A DNA stretch of 64,000 bases from Eledone cirrhosa (lineage: Eukaryota), in contig OZ024743.1 of assembly GCA_964016885.1 (NCBI GenBank), positions 39,494,001-39,558,000 on the forward strand, read 5' to 3'. A program made the position numbers and the translations under genes. Shown here in pieces: positions 40,670-55,033 of this stretch. Position 1 is the stretch's first letter, and each line of letters begins with the position of its first letter. The notes under the pieces are model-generated. The model did no database searches. It was not told the origin of the DNA and worked only from the letters and a program-made list of their open reading frames with translations.

Positions 40670-41184
40670 GCACACAAATAAACACACATATCTTTACTTT
40701 CTTTATTCAATAGAAAATCTGAATTCTGACACCCCAGCGAACTAACCATATTCACTGAACCAGAACAATTCTCTCATCCCTTTCTCTTGACCATTATCTT
40801 TCACTTATCAAAAAATTCTCTAAAAAGGCTACAGAATGGATTTCCAAATAAGGGCACAAAAATTTAATGAAAATTTTTTCACGTGACAGCCATAATTTCA
40901 TTTATAACCAACCCCAAAAAATCCTTCGTGAGCCTCCTTTTTTCAAGTAAAAAAGAAATTCAAACACTCATATATGAAAAAACAACCTGTGACACCCCCC
41001 CCCCCTCTTATTTGAAGAACTATTGTAACGCGAACTGGCGCGAAATTTATTATAATTATTGACAAACCAATCAAATTACTTCTCGAAAGACCTGGCATTT
41101 CGAGCCACTTTTTCCATATAAAACAAGTAACATTCAGAGACCAGCCAGATGTGAGAAAAACCACAGACCCTCCATCTCAACTCA

Positions 41185-41222
41185 CCTTTTGAAAAGCAGA
41201 AGAACTGCGAAACCGGTCAAGG
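41185..41222 (+). ncRNA. Minimal type I hammerhead, U3-A8 variant
   Basis: CCUU-UUGAAAA-GCAG aagaa CUGC-GAAAC-CG-GUC-AAGG, with palindromic ACCGGU in stem/loop III. Confidence 0.78.
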
Positions 41223-41354
41223 AACCAAATAAATATATATATTTAAAAAAAAAATAAGACTCCTGTTGCATTTTCGATTTCATCTCTTTTTCTTTATACT
41301 TTCACTCGTGTAGGACACCTCGGTTATTTTTCATTTTGTAAAAAAAAACCTCAC

Positions 41355-41473
<119 letters not shown>

Positions 41474-42987
41474 TCATACATTCATATATATGTTTGTGTG
41501 AGTGTATTTACAGAATATCAGCTGCATAGAACTACAAAAAGATGATGGCGTCATGATAATCTGTCGGAATATGTGCAGCCTGTAATAGATGTTGAATCTG
41601 CAATGGCTTCAAGATGTTAGGAATTCATATACAAAAAAATGGTTCATTCGCACCTCTGCATTGTTATTTCATTTATTTTCACAGAATCAGAGAGAAATTA
41701 GCTTGCAGTTAAGCTATCAAATCTAATCGAACTATGATCTTGTGACGCTACATTCATTCTATCCTTATCCAGATAAACACTGCTACAGTCTATCTGTAGC
41801 ATTGTGTTTACTGGAAGAAATTTAATTCTTATCTCTATTTTTATTTTTATAGTATCATATTAAATCATACATATTATACCATATTGATTCAAACGGCGCC
41901 GAAGCGGAAACCATAAATTTTACCCATTTCCAAACATATGCTTTGGTCGTTTCTTCCATACCAATGATATCCCGGATATCATTCACCTCGTCTTTCTTAT
42001 TTCTGTTGTTGCACGTTTGACATTCAGCTATAGGGTTCACATGCTTATTTTGGTCCCTAGATGTATTTAGACATAAGTAAATAAAATCAATAATATTACG
42101 AAATGCGTATAGATGATTTGTGCATTTTCAACGTGATCAGGCCAAGACAAATCATGTAACAGAAAATATTTCATATTATGAGCGATACATATAACAAATA
42201 TATATGAAATATACCAATGTGACTAAAGTATCAACAAAACCATAGCCAAGATGTAATCATACATTTACATTGAGATTTATGAGCAATTCCTGATACTGTA
42301 CATAATGCTCAGTAAATTAGCTGATTTTGAATGAAATTTAGAACTATGCGGATATGTTCTTATTTGAAGGCATTTCCAGAATTAAGTCTAAAGTCCCATT
42401 TTTTTCTGTTACCCAGTGTAATTTACAGGTATTTACAGAACAAAATGACTAAGGTTTTACTTATGAAATAACAATTTGCATAAATATATTACCTATTGTT
42501 GCTTTCGTTAGTGGAGGCATGAGGATTGATCCAATTGGTAGAGAGGCGGACACAGTATTTAGTTACGACTTTCTATGTTTTGATTTCAAATATCACCAAA
42601 ATCCATATTTCCTACCATGAAATAAAATCAGAGATAAGTATTTTAGACGGTATAAACGGGTTCCATTTCCTTTCAACTACTATCACCAAACTTGTCTTTC
42701 AAACTCGCTCACATATGTTTAAAATTCACATTCAATATTTTCCAGGATATTTCTAGGGCGAAAGCTAATTCAAGAGGAATTAGTCAACATAACAATTAAT
42801 GGAGGTGCTAAGAATTGTGACAAAAGCATAAATTGATGACGTATTGTTTTTAAATTTACATTTCTCTATCAAGTGATGGTTGTTAAAATGACACTGGGAG
42901 TGATATGCGTATGAATGTGCATTATGCACACACATACACACACACACAAACACACAGACACACACACACACAAACACGCACGCACAC

Positions 42988-43071
<84 letters not shown>

Positions 43072-43072
<1 letters not shown>

Positions 43073-43997
43073 ACGAAGGAGTTGTGGTAGGGTGGGGGGT
43101 AGACAAGGGCTGAAACACCCCACTTGCCGAATAAGATAGGGGAAACCCCAGTTTACATAGGTAGATATACCTCTTTTCTTTTCCTCTATGTTTTCTTCTT
43201 CGCTTTGTCTCCTCCTATCACTTCCTTGCACCACTGATCTTCTTCCTCATTCTTTTTTTCTTTTTCTTTCCTTTCGCCTACGCCGAGGCAGCCCATTGGG
43301 CCTTTGTAGCCTTAGTACCCCCACCCCAGTAACTTAAATATAGCATTGGCCGAATACGCTATACTAACTAATCATAGCAACAGTGTTAGACCCAAAAGGT
43401 TTTGTATTACTTTTAACTACCCAATTCTACAATTTCAATAATTCTTATTTAGTATCTTCTATTCTCAACTCATTCTATAAAATTGCCCAAAAAAGCAGCC
43501 CCAACTTATATAGCAGCTGTTTTAGACTCCACAGTTTTTGTTTTTATCACTTCTCACTATTTTATATTTTTATATATCTTTCTCTCATTTTTTTATTATT
43601 TTTTATTGTCTCCTAATCTCAATTCATTTACATATTCTATAACATCCCTTCTCTATTTTATCCAGAAACCTTTTCAGGCCTACCTCCTCTGGCCTACTTT
43701 CATACAAACTCCTTAGAATTTACCGTATATATTTCACTTTCAACGCTTGACCGGCTCCACCCGCTCCCCCACTGCTCTACAGGCAAGTTAAGCCAGCAAC
43801 ACCCCCACCTACTGCGATGTTGGACTTATTTCTGTTTACAACAAATTTTGACGATCCCTCTTGACAACTACAATCTTCCCATATAAGGAAGTACCCCTTG
43901 AAAATTCGGCTATTTATTTACCAGGCTAAATATTCTAATTTGGTCCAGAAATAGCCATCGAAACGGCTTGAGCTCTGCTGTCGGGGTCAACTTTTTT

Positions 43998-43999
<2 letters not shown>
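43072..43999 (+). mobile_element. Non-coding ~0.9 kb element (pseudo-LTR or retrozyme-like) between (TA)n tracts
   Basis: A diverged homolog lies at 47921-48960 on the minus strand. Two conserved GC-rich blocks at the 5' end and a hammerhead at the 3' end; no ORF. Confidence 0.65.
43893..43987 (+). ncRNA. Type I hammerhead-like ribozyme with U3-A8 core and long stem II
   Basis: ACCCC-UUGAAAA-..GGCUAUUU....AAAUAGCC..-GAAAC-GGC uugagcucu GCU-GUC-GGGGU. Confidence 0.72.
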
Positions 44000-44081
<82 letters not shown>

Positions 44082-44100
44082 TGTATATATATATATATAT

Positions 44101-44850
44101 AAGTGGTTACACAACAGTTAGTTCACCATACCGAGAATAATTGTTGCACCTTCGCGGATTCTTCAGCTCGGGATGTGTATGGTTATAGGAACAGGAAGGA
44201 CAACCGTACGAACGCACATGCGCAGAAACTCGGTCACTTCACATAGGCAATACTAGACTGCGTGCGGGAGGTGTAAGAGAGATAACTGCCAAAGTGCGGA
44301 AAGTTTTCGGTTCAAAAATAAAATTAGAAAAAAATTAAAAATAAAATTACGAAGAATCAGTCCGGAGCCTTGTAGTTATGCAATAAATGTTTGGTGACGT
44401 GTGGACAACGTGTGAAAAATTCACTTGTCGTGTTTAGGCAATGACTATTGCGTAATCTCTTTAGGATAGTTATTCGTTCGTCGATACATAAGCAACACGT
44501 CGGATTTCCCCTTGCGTATGGCTTGGACTTAGTGATGGCTTTCCATTGAGTGGAGTATCCTATACTTGAGTCTTTGAGGGACCATACGTGGCTCGCGAGT
44601 TTCGTGGATGAACGTCTGTCCGGGTATCTGAAGGTAGACTGGTGGTTCACGAAACGGTCCTTGAATCGACCCTCCGCCATACCCACATAGCATTTGACCT
44701 CCTATGGATCGTTTGGTCGGTTGCAAGTGACCACAGCCTCGTAGATTACAGCTGGTGTGTTGCATTGCTGTTGAAGGGAGCAAGCTTCAGGCTTACGGCA
44801 AGAGTAACCTGGTGGAGTGTTGCTCCTAGGGCTGGTGTGGGCCTTTATGT
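44101..44850 (-). mobile_element. Penelope-like 3' fragment (GIY-YIG plus pseudo-LTR)
   Basis: Reads CYVGMAEGRFKDRF.NHQSTF...LASHVW.LK...CCLCIDER...LN..SE...C.H. Reverse complement of 46730-47468. Confidence 0.88.
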
Positions 44851-44857
44851 TCTTAGC

Positions 44858-44950
<93 letters not shown>

Positions 44951-44955
<5 letters not shown>

Positions 44956-45260
44956 TTTTTCAATGGCTTGGAACTTAGTCCACGCTTTGCGTTTTTTCAT
45001 CCACTGAATTATTTTTGTATAAGTTCCCTGTGTCCACTTATTGCCTGAAAACTTAGCTGAGAATATACTTCCCTGATGACGAAAGGCTTCTCCGTGCGTT
45101 TCTTCGGAAACTATGTTTATTCTCTTTCAGAAACTAATTAGTTGGAGTGAAATTTTAGTAAGTAAGTTCATTTTTATAATTTTCTTATTTTACGTCTCTC
45201 ATATTATAGTTCTGCATCCCCATGCATTGAACCACAATGTTACTAAGACAAAACCTATAT
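44951..45260 (+). mobile_element. Penelope-like pseudo-LTR fragment
   Basis: Homolog of 29100-29350, flanked by (TA)n. Confidence 0.65.
45067..45148 (+). ncRNA. Type I hammerhead-like ribozyme with extended UUCG-capped stem II
   Basis: UUCC-CUGAUGA-[C GAAAGG..GUUUC UUCG GAAAC..UCUUUC A]-GAAAC-UAAUUA-GUU-GGAG. Confidence 0.72.
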
Positions 45261-45313
45261 ATTTGCTGGCATAGGTATACATCTGTATATATATGTTAGT
45301 AGATATACTACTT

Positions 45314-45405
<92 letters not shown>

Positions 45406-45691
45406 GTGTATGTATATATATGTCCATTTGGTTACATATAATAACTAATAAAATGCTGTCATGCAGTCATACACGAGGGGAATTCAGTTTCTTAATCCAA
45501 ATAAGTGTCGGGAAAGATATTATTCTTCATACAATGATATTTTCATAAAAGGAATATTTTACACTCAAACTTATCCATAGACATAAGAACATCGTAATTG
45601 AAAATGACAATTGGAATGCATATACATATCCTGATTTTACCTCTTCCTATATCAACATAGATAATATAGCGTCATACACAGAGGGGCGCGC

Positions 45692-45727
<36 letters not shown>

Positions 45728-45796
45728 GTGGAACACTGGAAGTTAATATCCGTAGTGATAGAGCACTCAGTCCAAGGGACGAGTTAGGTAGAAATA

Positions 45797-47569
<1,773 letters not shown>

Positions 47570-47920
47570 AATAATAATAATAATAATATAAACTTTAATC
47601 TGTTATTTCAATATATATATATATATATACACAGTTCAAGAGTAACCAATCTTAAAGAGAGAGATGGAGATAGGAAAGGATGTAGGAGAGGAGATATTGG
47701 TGAATAGTTAGAAGCCAAAGCGTAAAGGCTTGTGCTCAATGTGCAATATGCAGTGGAAGGCAGCTAGGTGGCTGGGTTCATGCAGAGGTTAGGTGCACAG
47801 AGCTGGAAATATTCAATAGTTAAGCAAAACAAGACCACAGATTTCATAAGGAAGACATTATGAAAAGATTGTCAACATATTTTAGTTTGATGTAAGGAAT
47901 GTAGGAATATATATATATAG

Positions 47921-48960
47921 GAACGAGTAGGACCCCGACGGCTGAGCTCAAGCAGTTTCGACGGCTAATTCTGGACTAAATGAGAATTGTTATCCTGGTA
48001 CGTGAATAGCCGAGCTTCTCAGGGGGTAATTCCATATATGGTAAAAGTGATTGTCACAAGGATTGGGCAAATGTTTGTTGTTGAGACACATAATTCCATC
48101 ATGGCATTTTGTGGAAGTAAGGTGTAGCTGAACTTGCCAGTAGAAGAAAGAGGGAGAGGGAGTGGAGGAAACCCAGTCGTGCCTTGATAGTGCCAACTAC
48201 AGAAGGATTCTAAGGATAAGAGGTCGAGAAAGTATACTAGAGAATGGGAGGGGGTGGAAGACGAAACAATAAGTAAATCAATATGGAGTAAATATATAAA
48301 AGAATAATAAGAATGTTAAAAATATTAAAAAAAAACAATTTATGGTTACTATTCCCTCACCACACTCATCGCGTCTCTCAATGGTACTGCCAATTCAGAG
48401 TCCCGAAAATGAATACTAATACAATATATAAGGGGGCCTCTACGATACAAACATTATAATACAAACTACATAAATGCTCGTACGATATATATGAAAAATT
48501 TGGTACGAAAAATATTAATTCGGATTCCCCCCACCACCACCCCCAAAATAATACTGATATACGAGAAACTGAAGCAGATATACCACTAAGAATTCTAGAA
48601 AGCACGGAAAAGGGGCAGCCATCGACTAAGAAAGCAAGTAACTGGGGTCTATCACATCTGCTATAAAAAGCGGGGTCTTTGCCAATTCTATCATAGAATA
48701 GGGGATGGGAGTGGGGGTACTGAGGCTACAGAGAACCGAAGGGCTGCCTCGGGGTGGGCGAGGAAGTGAAAAGGACGACGACAAAGAAGGAGAACTGGGG
48801 TGGAAGGACTAGGAAGGGATGGGGAAGAAGGAAATATAGAGGAAACGATAAAAAGATATATAAGAAAATCTTACGTCTACCTTTGCAAGCAGGGGTTACC
48901 CATTACAAAGTCGGCAAGTGGGGTGTTACAGCCCTTGTCTACCCACCCACCCCCGGGTCA
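47921..48960 (-). mobile_element. Second, diverged copy of the non-coding element at 43072-43999
   Basis: Shares GGGTAGACAAGGGCTG.AACACCCCACTTGCCGA, CCGAGGCAGCCC...GTAGCCT.AGTACCCCCAC and the 3' hammerhead. Confidence 0.65.
47932..48027 (-). ncRNA. Type I hammerhead-like motif (CUGAGAA core)
   Basis: ACCCC-CUGAGAA-..GGCUAUUC....GAAUUAGCC..-GAAAC-UGC uugagcuca GCC-GUC-GGGGU. Confidence 0.6.
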
Positions 48961-48989
48961 TTATGGGGTTTAAGGGCGAGGTAAGTCCT

Positions 48990-49385
48990 ACGCAATTTGT
49001 AGCTACTTAACAGATTATGATAACACCAATGACATCATGGTGCACTCGGATAAAACTGGGAACCTCTACTTCGTCAACACCGACAGATACCACAGACTGA
49101 TCAGGAGCAGCCTAAACTCCACCTATAAAAAGGCTAACCAATCAAACATCGAGGACATACATCGAGATGGACAACAAATTACCTCCAGCCTCGGGTCGCC
49201 GACCCATGGAACCCCTAGACTCACGGATACGCTAATTCACACTGAAGGATCACAAATCCGATTTCGACCGTAAACCATCTATCAGGCTTATAAACCCAAC
49301 GAAGTCCGACATAGGGAGAATCAGTAAACAAATCCTAGACCGCGTTATACTCGTTCCTATCATCCACTCTACTACCCTAAGCATT
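48990..49385 (+). mobile_element. Penelope-like RT N-terminal fragment
   Basis: Contains IMVHSDKTGNLY and [36 protein letters not shown]. Confidence 0.85.
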
Positions 49386-49512
49386 GAGTATTTTGGTGCG
49401 TTATGGACCATAACGCACCAAAGTACTCTGTTTATCTGGTTCCTTGCCACATGTCCTTCGTTATATATATATATATGTGTGTATATTTATATATATATAT
49501 ATATATATATAA

Positions 49513-49620
<108 letters not shown>

Positions 49621-49654
49621 AGATATATATGTGTATATATCTATGTATATACAT

Positions 49655-49768
49655 ACCACGTATGGTCCCTCAGGGACTAAAGTATAGGCTACTCCATTTA
49701 ATGGAAAGCCATCACTAAGTCCAAGCCATACGCAAGGGGTAATCCGACGTGTGGCTTATGTATCGACG
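49655..49768 (+). mobile_element. Short GIY-YIG piece of the 46-47 kb Penelope family
   Basis: Matches 46975-47088 (CCACGTATGGTCCCTC...AAGCCATACGCAAGGGG). Confidence 0.8.
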
Positions 49769-49769
49769 A

Positions 49770-50615
49770 CACAGACCTATGCCACCAGGCTTACGTCGTA
49801 TACAGACTAGAGTGCGACAAATGCAACAACTTCTACGTAGGTAGTACCACCAGACCACTCCACGTAAGAATAAAAGAACACTTGAATACTAATGCTTCCT
49901 CATTTAAGAAACACCTAGTTAAATGCAAATACACCGACAAAACCATAACAGTTAGGATAGAAACTAAGGAAAGAAACCTCGGCAATCTTAGAATTAAGTA
50001 AGCACTAATTATAGACAAAACGCTACCACCAATCAATAATAGAGTAGAACTCAACACCCAATTTATAACTTGATAGAGCATCTAGCCCCGTATTTACACC
50101 CCCTTCCCACACACACGTACACACACACGCACGCACACACACACACACGCTTACACCTCAACTTATTCTCTCTCACACACACACATACACACACAAAGAC
50201 CAGTTCTAACACGAGAGAACATCTATGCCCCACATTTACGTATAGACATATCTTCTCACACTCACACACTCACACACACACACATACTTACACATTCACG
50301 CATTCTCCCACACACTTAAACAGGCATCTACAAAAAAAACTACCCGTTTTAAAGGGAGACTACTCTTTATCCACCTAACCTTAACTCTTTGACATTAGAG
50401 ATAGAACAGATACTCTATACCATTTCCTGTCAGCATGATTTGGCAAGCTATTTAGAACACTGGTTTAACCGCTTTACTTCCCTCCGAAGAAGAGATATTA
50501 TCTCGAAAACTAAGGACATTTAAATAAATCTAAGGTAAAAGACTAATTGTCAACAATATATGTTGCATTTGCATTCTTTATTCTATGTCCATACTTGCAT
50601 TGTTTTGGCTTTATT
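49770..50615 (+). mobile_element. 3' end of another Penelope-like family (GIY-YIG, CA-rich UTR, hammerhead remnant)
   Basis: Reads VVYRLECDKCNNFYVGSTTRPLHVRIKEH...IN. Carries CCU-CCGAAGA-a GAGAU auu AUCUC-GAAA-ACUA-AGG at 50481-50515. Confidence 0.85.
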
Positions 50616-50639
50616 ATATATATACAAACGTTTATATAA

Positions 50640-50681
<42 letters not shown>

Positions 50682-50922
50682 TGAGTTAGAAACTCAATGT
50701 AGTCTCTTACAATTAATTAGACCTAACAAAAAAGCGTTTCCGAGCCGTGTAATATAATTGAATACGCAAAACTAAAATAAACATATATGTGTCCGAAGTG
50801 TAAGGACCAGGATTGCTAGTCTGAACAAATTCTAACTACAGCAATCTGGTTTGCCAAGCTTAATTTAAAGTAGTAACTTATGAGAAATACTAACAAACCT
50901 ATATTGGGCAACTACCTGAAAG

Positions 50923-51001
50923 CACCTAGACAAATATAAGAACCGTTCGCAAACATCATATTAAGCGAAGTCATCATCATTTCTCTGCTCATCAGTAGGT
51001 G
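50923..51001 (-). ncRNA. Hammerhead-like motif with GAAC core
   Basis: CACCUA-CUGAUGA-GCAGA....UUUGC-GAAC-gguucuuauauuu-GUC-UAGGUG. Confidence 0.6.
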
Positions 51002-51294
51002 TCACGAAATTAGCCATCCTTCCACTTCTAAAGATATAGACTGAATTGTGTGCGATATGAAACAACGCATATATCTTCGAGGCCTAGCTTGTTTCGAAAA
51101 CCTCTGCCGCTGAGAATAGAAGCCTGGTTAACACGACATTAAAACTAGTTCTACATGATGGAGCAGACAAATATATACTGAGTTAGAAAACTCAATATAA
51201 TTGTATATAAAAGGGAGATGAACACTAATATAAACATACATGAGTCCGAATTGTAATATATATATATATATATATTTAAATATATATATATATT

Positions 51295-51707
<413 letters not shown>

Positions 51708-51786
51708 GTAGGAGGTGAGTTTTATTGTAGCACAATAAAGCAATGCAAATATCGGATAAGTAGCACTCCACAGTTATAGGACTGGA

Positions 51787-51856
<70 letters not shown>

Positions 51857-52071
51857 ATACTTTGGGAAGGTCATGTTGCCGATAAGAAACCAGTTGCTTT
51901 CAGTTCAATTTATTATAATAAATTAAATTTATAAATTTAGGAATTTATAAATTTCCGGTTTGTTGGTTGGTTCCACAACCAGATGATTGTTCATATACTG
52001 TCAAAGTTCTCTCGTCACATATTATGTGAGGTCTTCAGTGCCTGGAGATTCTTTTCTTTGTTTGTGTGCCT

Positions 52072-53050
52072 CTAATGTGTTTTTTTTGCAAAATGACAAT
52101 AATTTTTTAGCCAGATAGAAATACCTTAATTCAAGTACATATAGTCCGCCTGTATCGATCTAGAAAATATTAAATATTAAATCTATACTTACAGACGTAA
52201 AATGGCAACTGCCTGGTGCCTAGACAAGTTTAAATTTCAAAATTCAAACCTTTTCAGCAGATCGGTCGGAACTTCAAAACATAAACCTGTTTCACAGGGG
52301 ATGGTATACTAATGAAATAATTAATTAATTACGGAACAACTATTTATAAAATAATTATTAGTGAAGTAATCAATTTTCTGTGATTTTCAATAGTTACCCA
52401 GAAATTATAGTCATTACTCCTAAGATAATAATCTTAAGACTGATCTGTCGCAAGCCTAATACATGTGCTTTTGCACACGACCTTCTCAGCATTCTGGCTC
52501 ATATCCATGGCGCTAGAAATAACAGCCGTAAATATGGGATTATGAATTCAGCTCTACCGAAGGAGCAGATTTATTTGAATTTAGTAGTCAGTTACAATTA
52601 TTAAGCTCTAAGAAAATACTTCTGAGCATTACATTACAATTTTAAAAAATATGATCAAAGCTAATGTGTGTTTTTTGCAAAATGACAATAATTTTTTAGC
52701 CAGATAGAAATACCTTAATTCAAGTACATATAGTCCGCCTGTATCTATCTAGAAAATATTAAATATTAAATCTATACTTACAGACGTAAAATGGCAACTG
52801 CCTGGTGCCTAGACAAGTTTAAATTTCAAAATTCAAACCTTTTCAGCAGATCGGTCGGAACTTCAAAACATAAACCTGTTTCACAAGGGATGGTATACTA
52901 ATGAAATAATTAATTAGTTACGGAACAACTATTTATAAAATAATTATTAGTGAAGTAATCAATTTTCTGTGATTTTCAATAGGCACCCAGAAATTATAGT
53001 CATTTCTCCTAAGATAATAATCTTAAGACTGATCTGTCGCAAGCCTAATA
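52072..53050. repeat. Near-identical direct tandem duplication, period 589 bp, ~1.7 copies
   Basis: 52072-52461 is repeated at 52661-53050 with only a few substitutions. Confidence 0.93.
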
Positions 53051-54958
53051 TATGTATATATGCATGTATGTATGCATGTATGTATGCATGTATGAGAGAT
53101 ATAGAGAGGGAGAGGCACATATAGACACATATTCAGTGGATGTATATGTGTTGAAGTTTGGTAGCTTGTAGAATTATGATTGAAGAATATAATTGTGAAA
53201 ATGTTAATATTAGACCTGCTCACTCCTAACCACATGTTACCGAAATAATCTTCACTTTGTTTCCTATTTTAATTAGAGCTGACAAAATCTTTAACAACCT
53301 ATGTCAAATTTCATTTATTTTCTTAAATAATAATTCAGTTAATTCAGCTCTTCATTAAATCGGACATGTTTTGACATATACATATCGCGATGCATACTCT
53401 TATATATAGCTAAATTAGCTAAAACACACAAGCCCACATTCACACTCCGTTATTATATATATATTTACATACATATAAGACTGAAGATGCTGGCATATAC
53501 ACACATGCACGTACACATCAATGTATATATATATATATAGAGAGAGAGATAGATTGAGAGTGATACAGAAACAGAGACAGAGAGAGGAGGACTGAGAGAG
53601 TGTGTGTGTGAGACAGAGAGAGAGAGGGGGAGAGGGGGAGAGAGAGGGAGAGAGAGAGAGAGAGATAGACAGAGAGAGAGAGAGCGAGACAGAGAGAGAG
53701 ACATTTAAAATCCCTACCACAGCGCGAAGCAGTTTCGTCTCGTGTGTTAAGCAAGCTCTTTCAATTCGCGGTCGGTATTTTGCATTTCTCTCTACCTACG
53801 CTGCATATTCTCAGCATTGTCAACAAACATGATTATTGGCTCCTCGGTCTCAGCACTACAGATACTCGCTCTCTCTTTCTTTGTATATGAACATATACCG
53901 GTTGAGAGCTTATTCAATTTGTGCTGTTTATGCAATGTTTTGCATGATTTACACATACTGAATTCATTTGCCAATATCTGGGGGTTTTCCCTTTGTGTGT
54001 TACACAATTGCTTTTACAAATCACTACGTCATTCACAAAACTGACGCAGAACAAAATACCTGTTGATAACGTGATATTCCTTGTTCGATCATTATACCAA
54101 AAGCCTATAGTTTTAAGCACACAGTATTATTGATTTCAGTTTCATATAAAACCTGTATCGCGATTTTACCATCAATTCCAATGGGTCCAGATAGTTTATA
54201 TATGTGTATATATATATATATGTATAATTATATCATTTATTGTGTCTCACCTGTTTAGCTTAACTTGTTTTTTTGGCTTAAGTGGTTAATGCCTTCTTGA
54301 CTGACTTTTCAGTTTTATATGGCCCTTATAGCATATGTTTATCTCTGGTGTTTTAACTATGGAGCGCTTGCCAGCATGACTCTGATTTTGCGTTTCGTTT
54401 CGCTCTTTCTACCCACCGAAATTCGATTCTCGCTATATTTATATTTATATATATACATATTTATATATATGATGGCCGCAAAATGTGCTAAGAGTATTGC
54501 AATCTCTCTCAGATTACAGAACATGGAGCACTTTTAGGATACCGCCAACCACACGAAACTGTAACATAACCTATACAAGCAGTGCCTGCGCTTTGAGAGA
54601 GAGAGGGAGAAAAAGAGAGAGAAGAAGAGAGAGAGAGAGAGAGAGAATGATCGATAAATAAAGATATATAGAGATAGATAGATACAAATTTAAAAGTTAC
54701 ATGGATTGAGAAACACACCAAATTGTACACATACAGAGCAAAGAGTATGCAGATAAATATACATACATGCTTTAAGACCGTAAAAAGTATTTCTTTGCTA
54801 TACAGCTGTTTCATAGAACAAAGAATGATGCGAAAGCCTTGATCTAAGTAATCGATTATCGATTACCAAATATCGATGATGATAAAGCACCTAAGACAGG
54901 CTAATCTTCAGTAGGATTGATTTAATATATGCCTCTAACTGTACAAAATATCAGTATA

Positions 54959-54978
54959 TCTTCTTCTTCTTCTTCTTC

Positions 54979-55031
<53 letters not shown>
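54959..55031. repeat. (TTC)n-(TTA)n tract at the 3' junction of family B
   Basis: Read directly. Confidence 0.97.
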
Positions 55032-55033
<2 letters not shown>

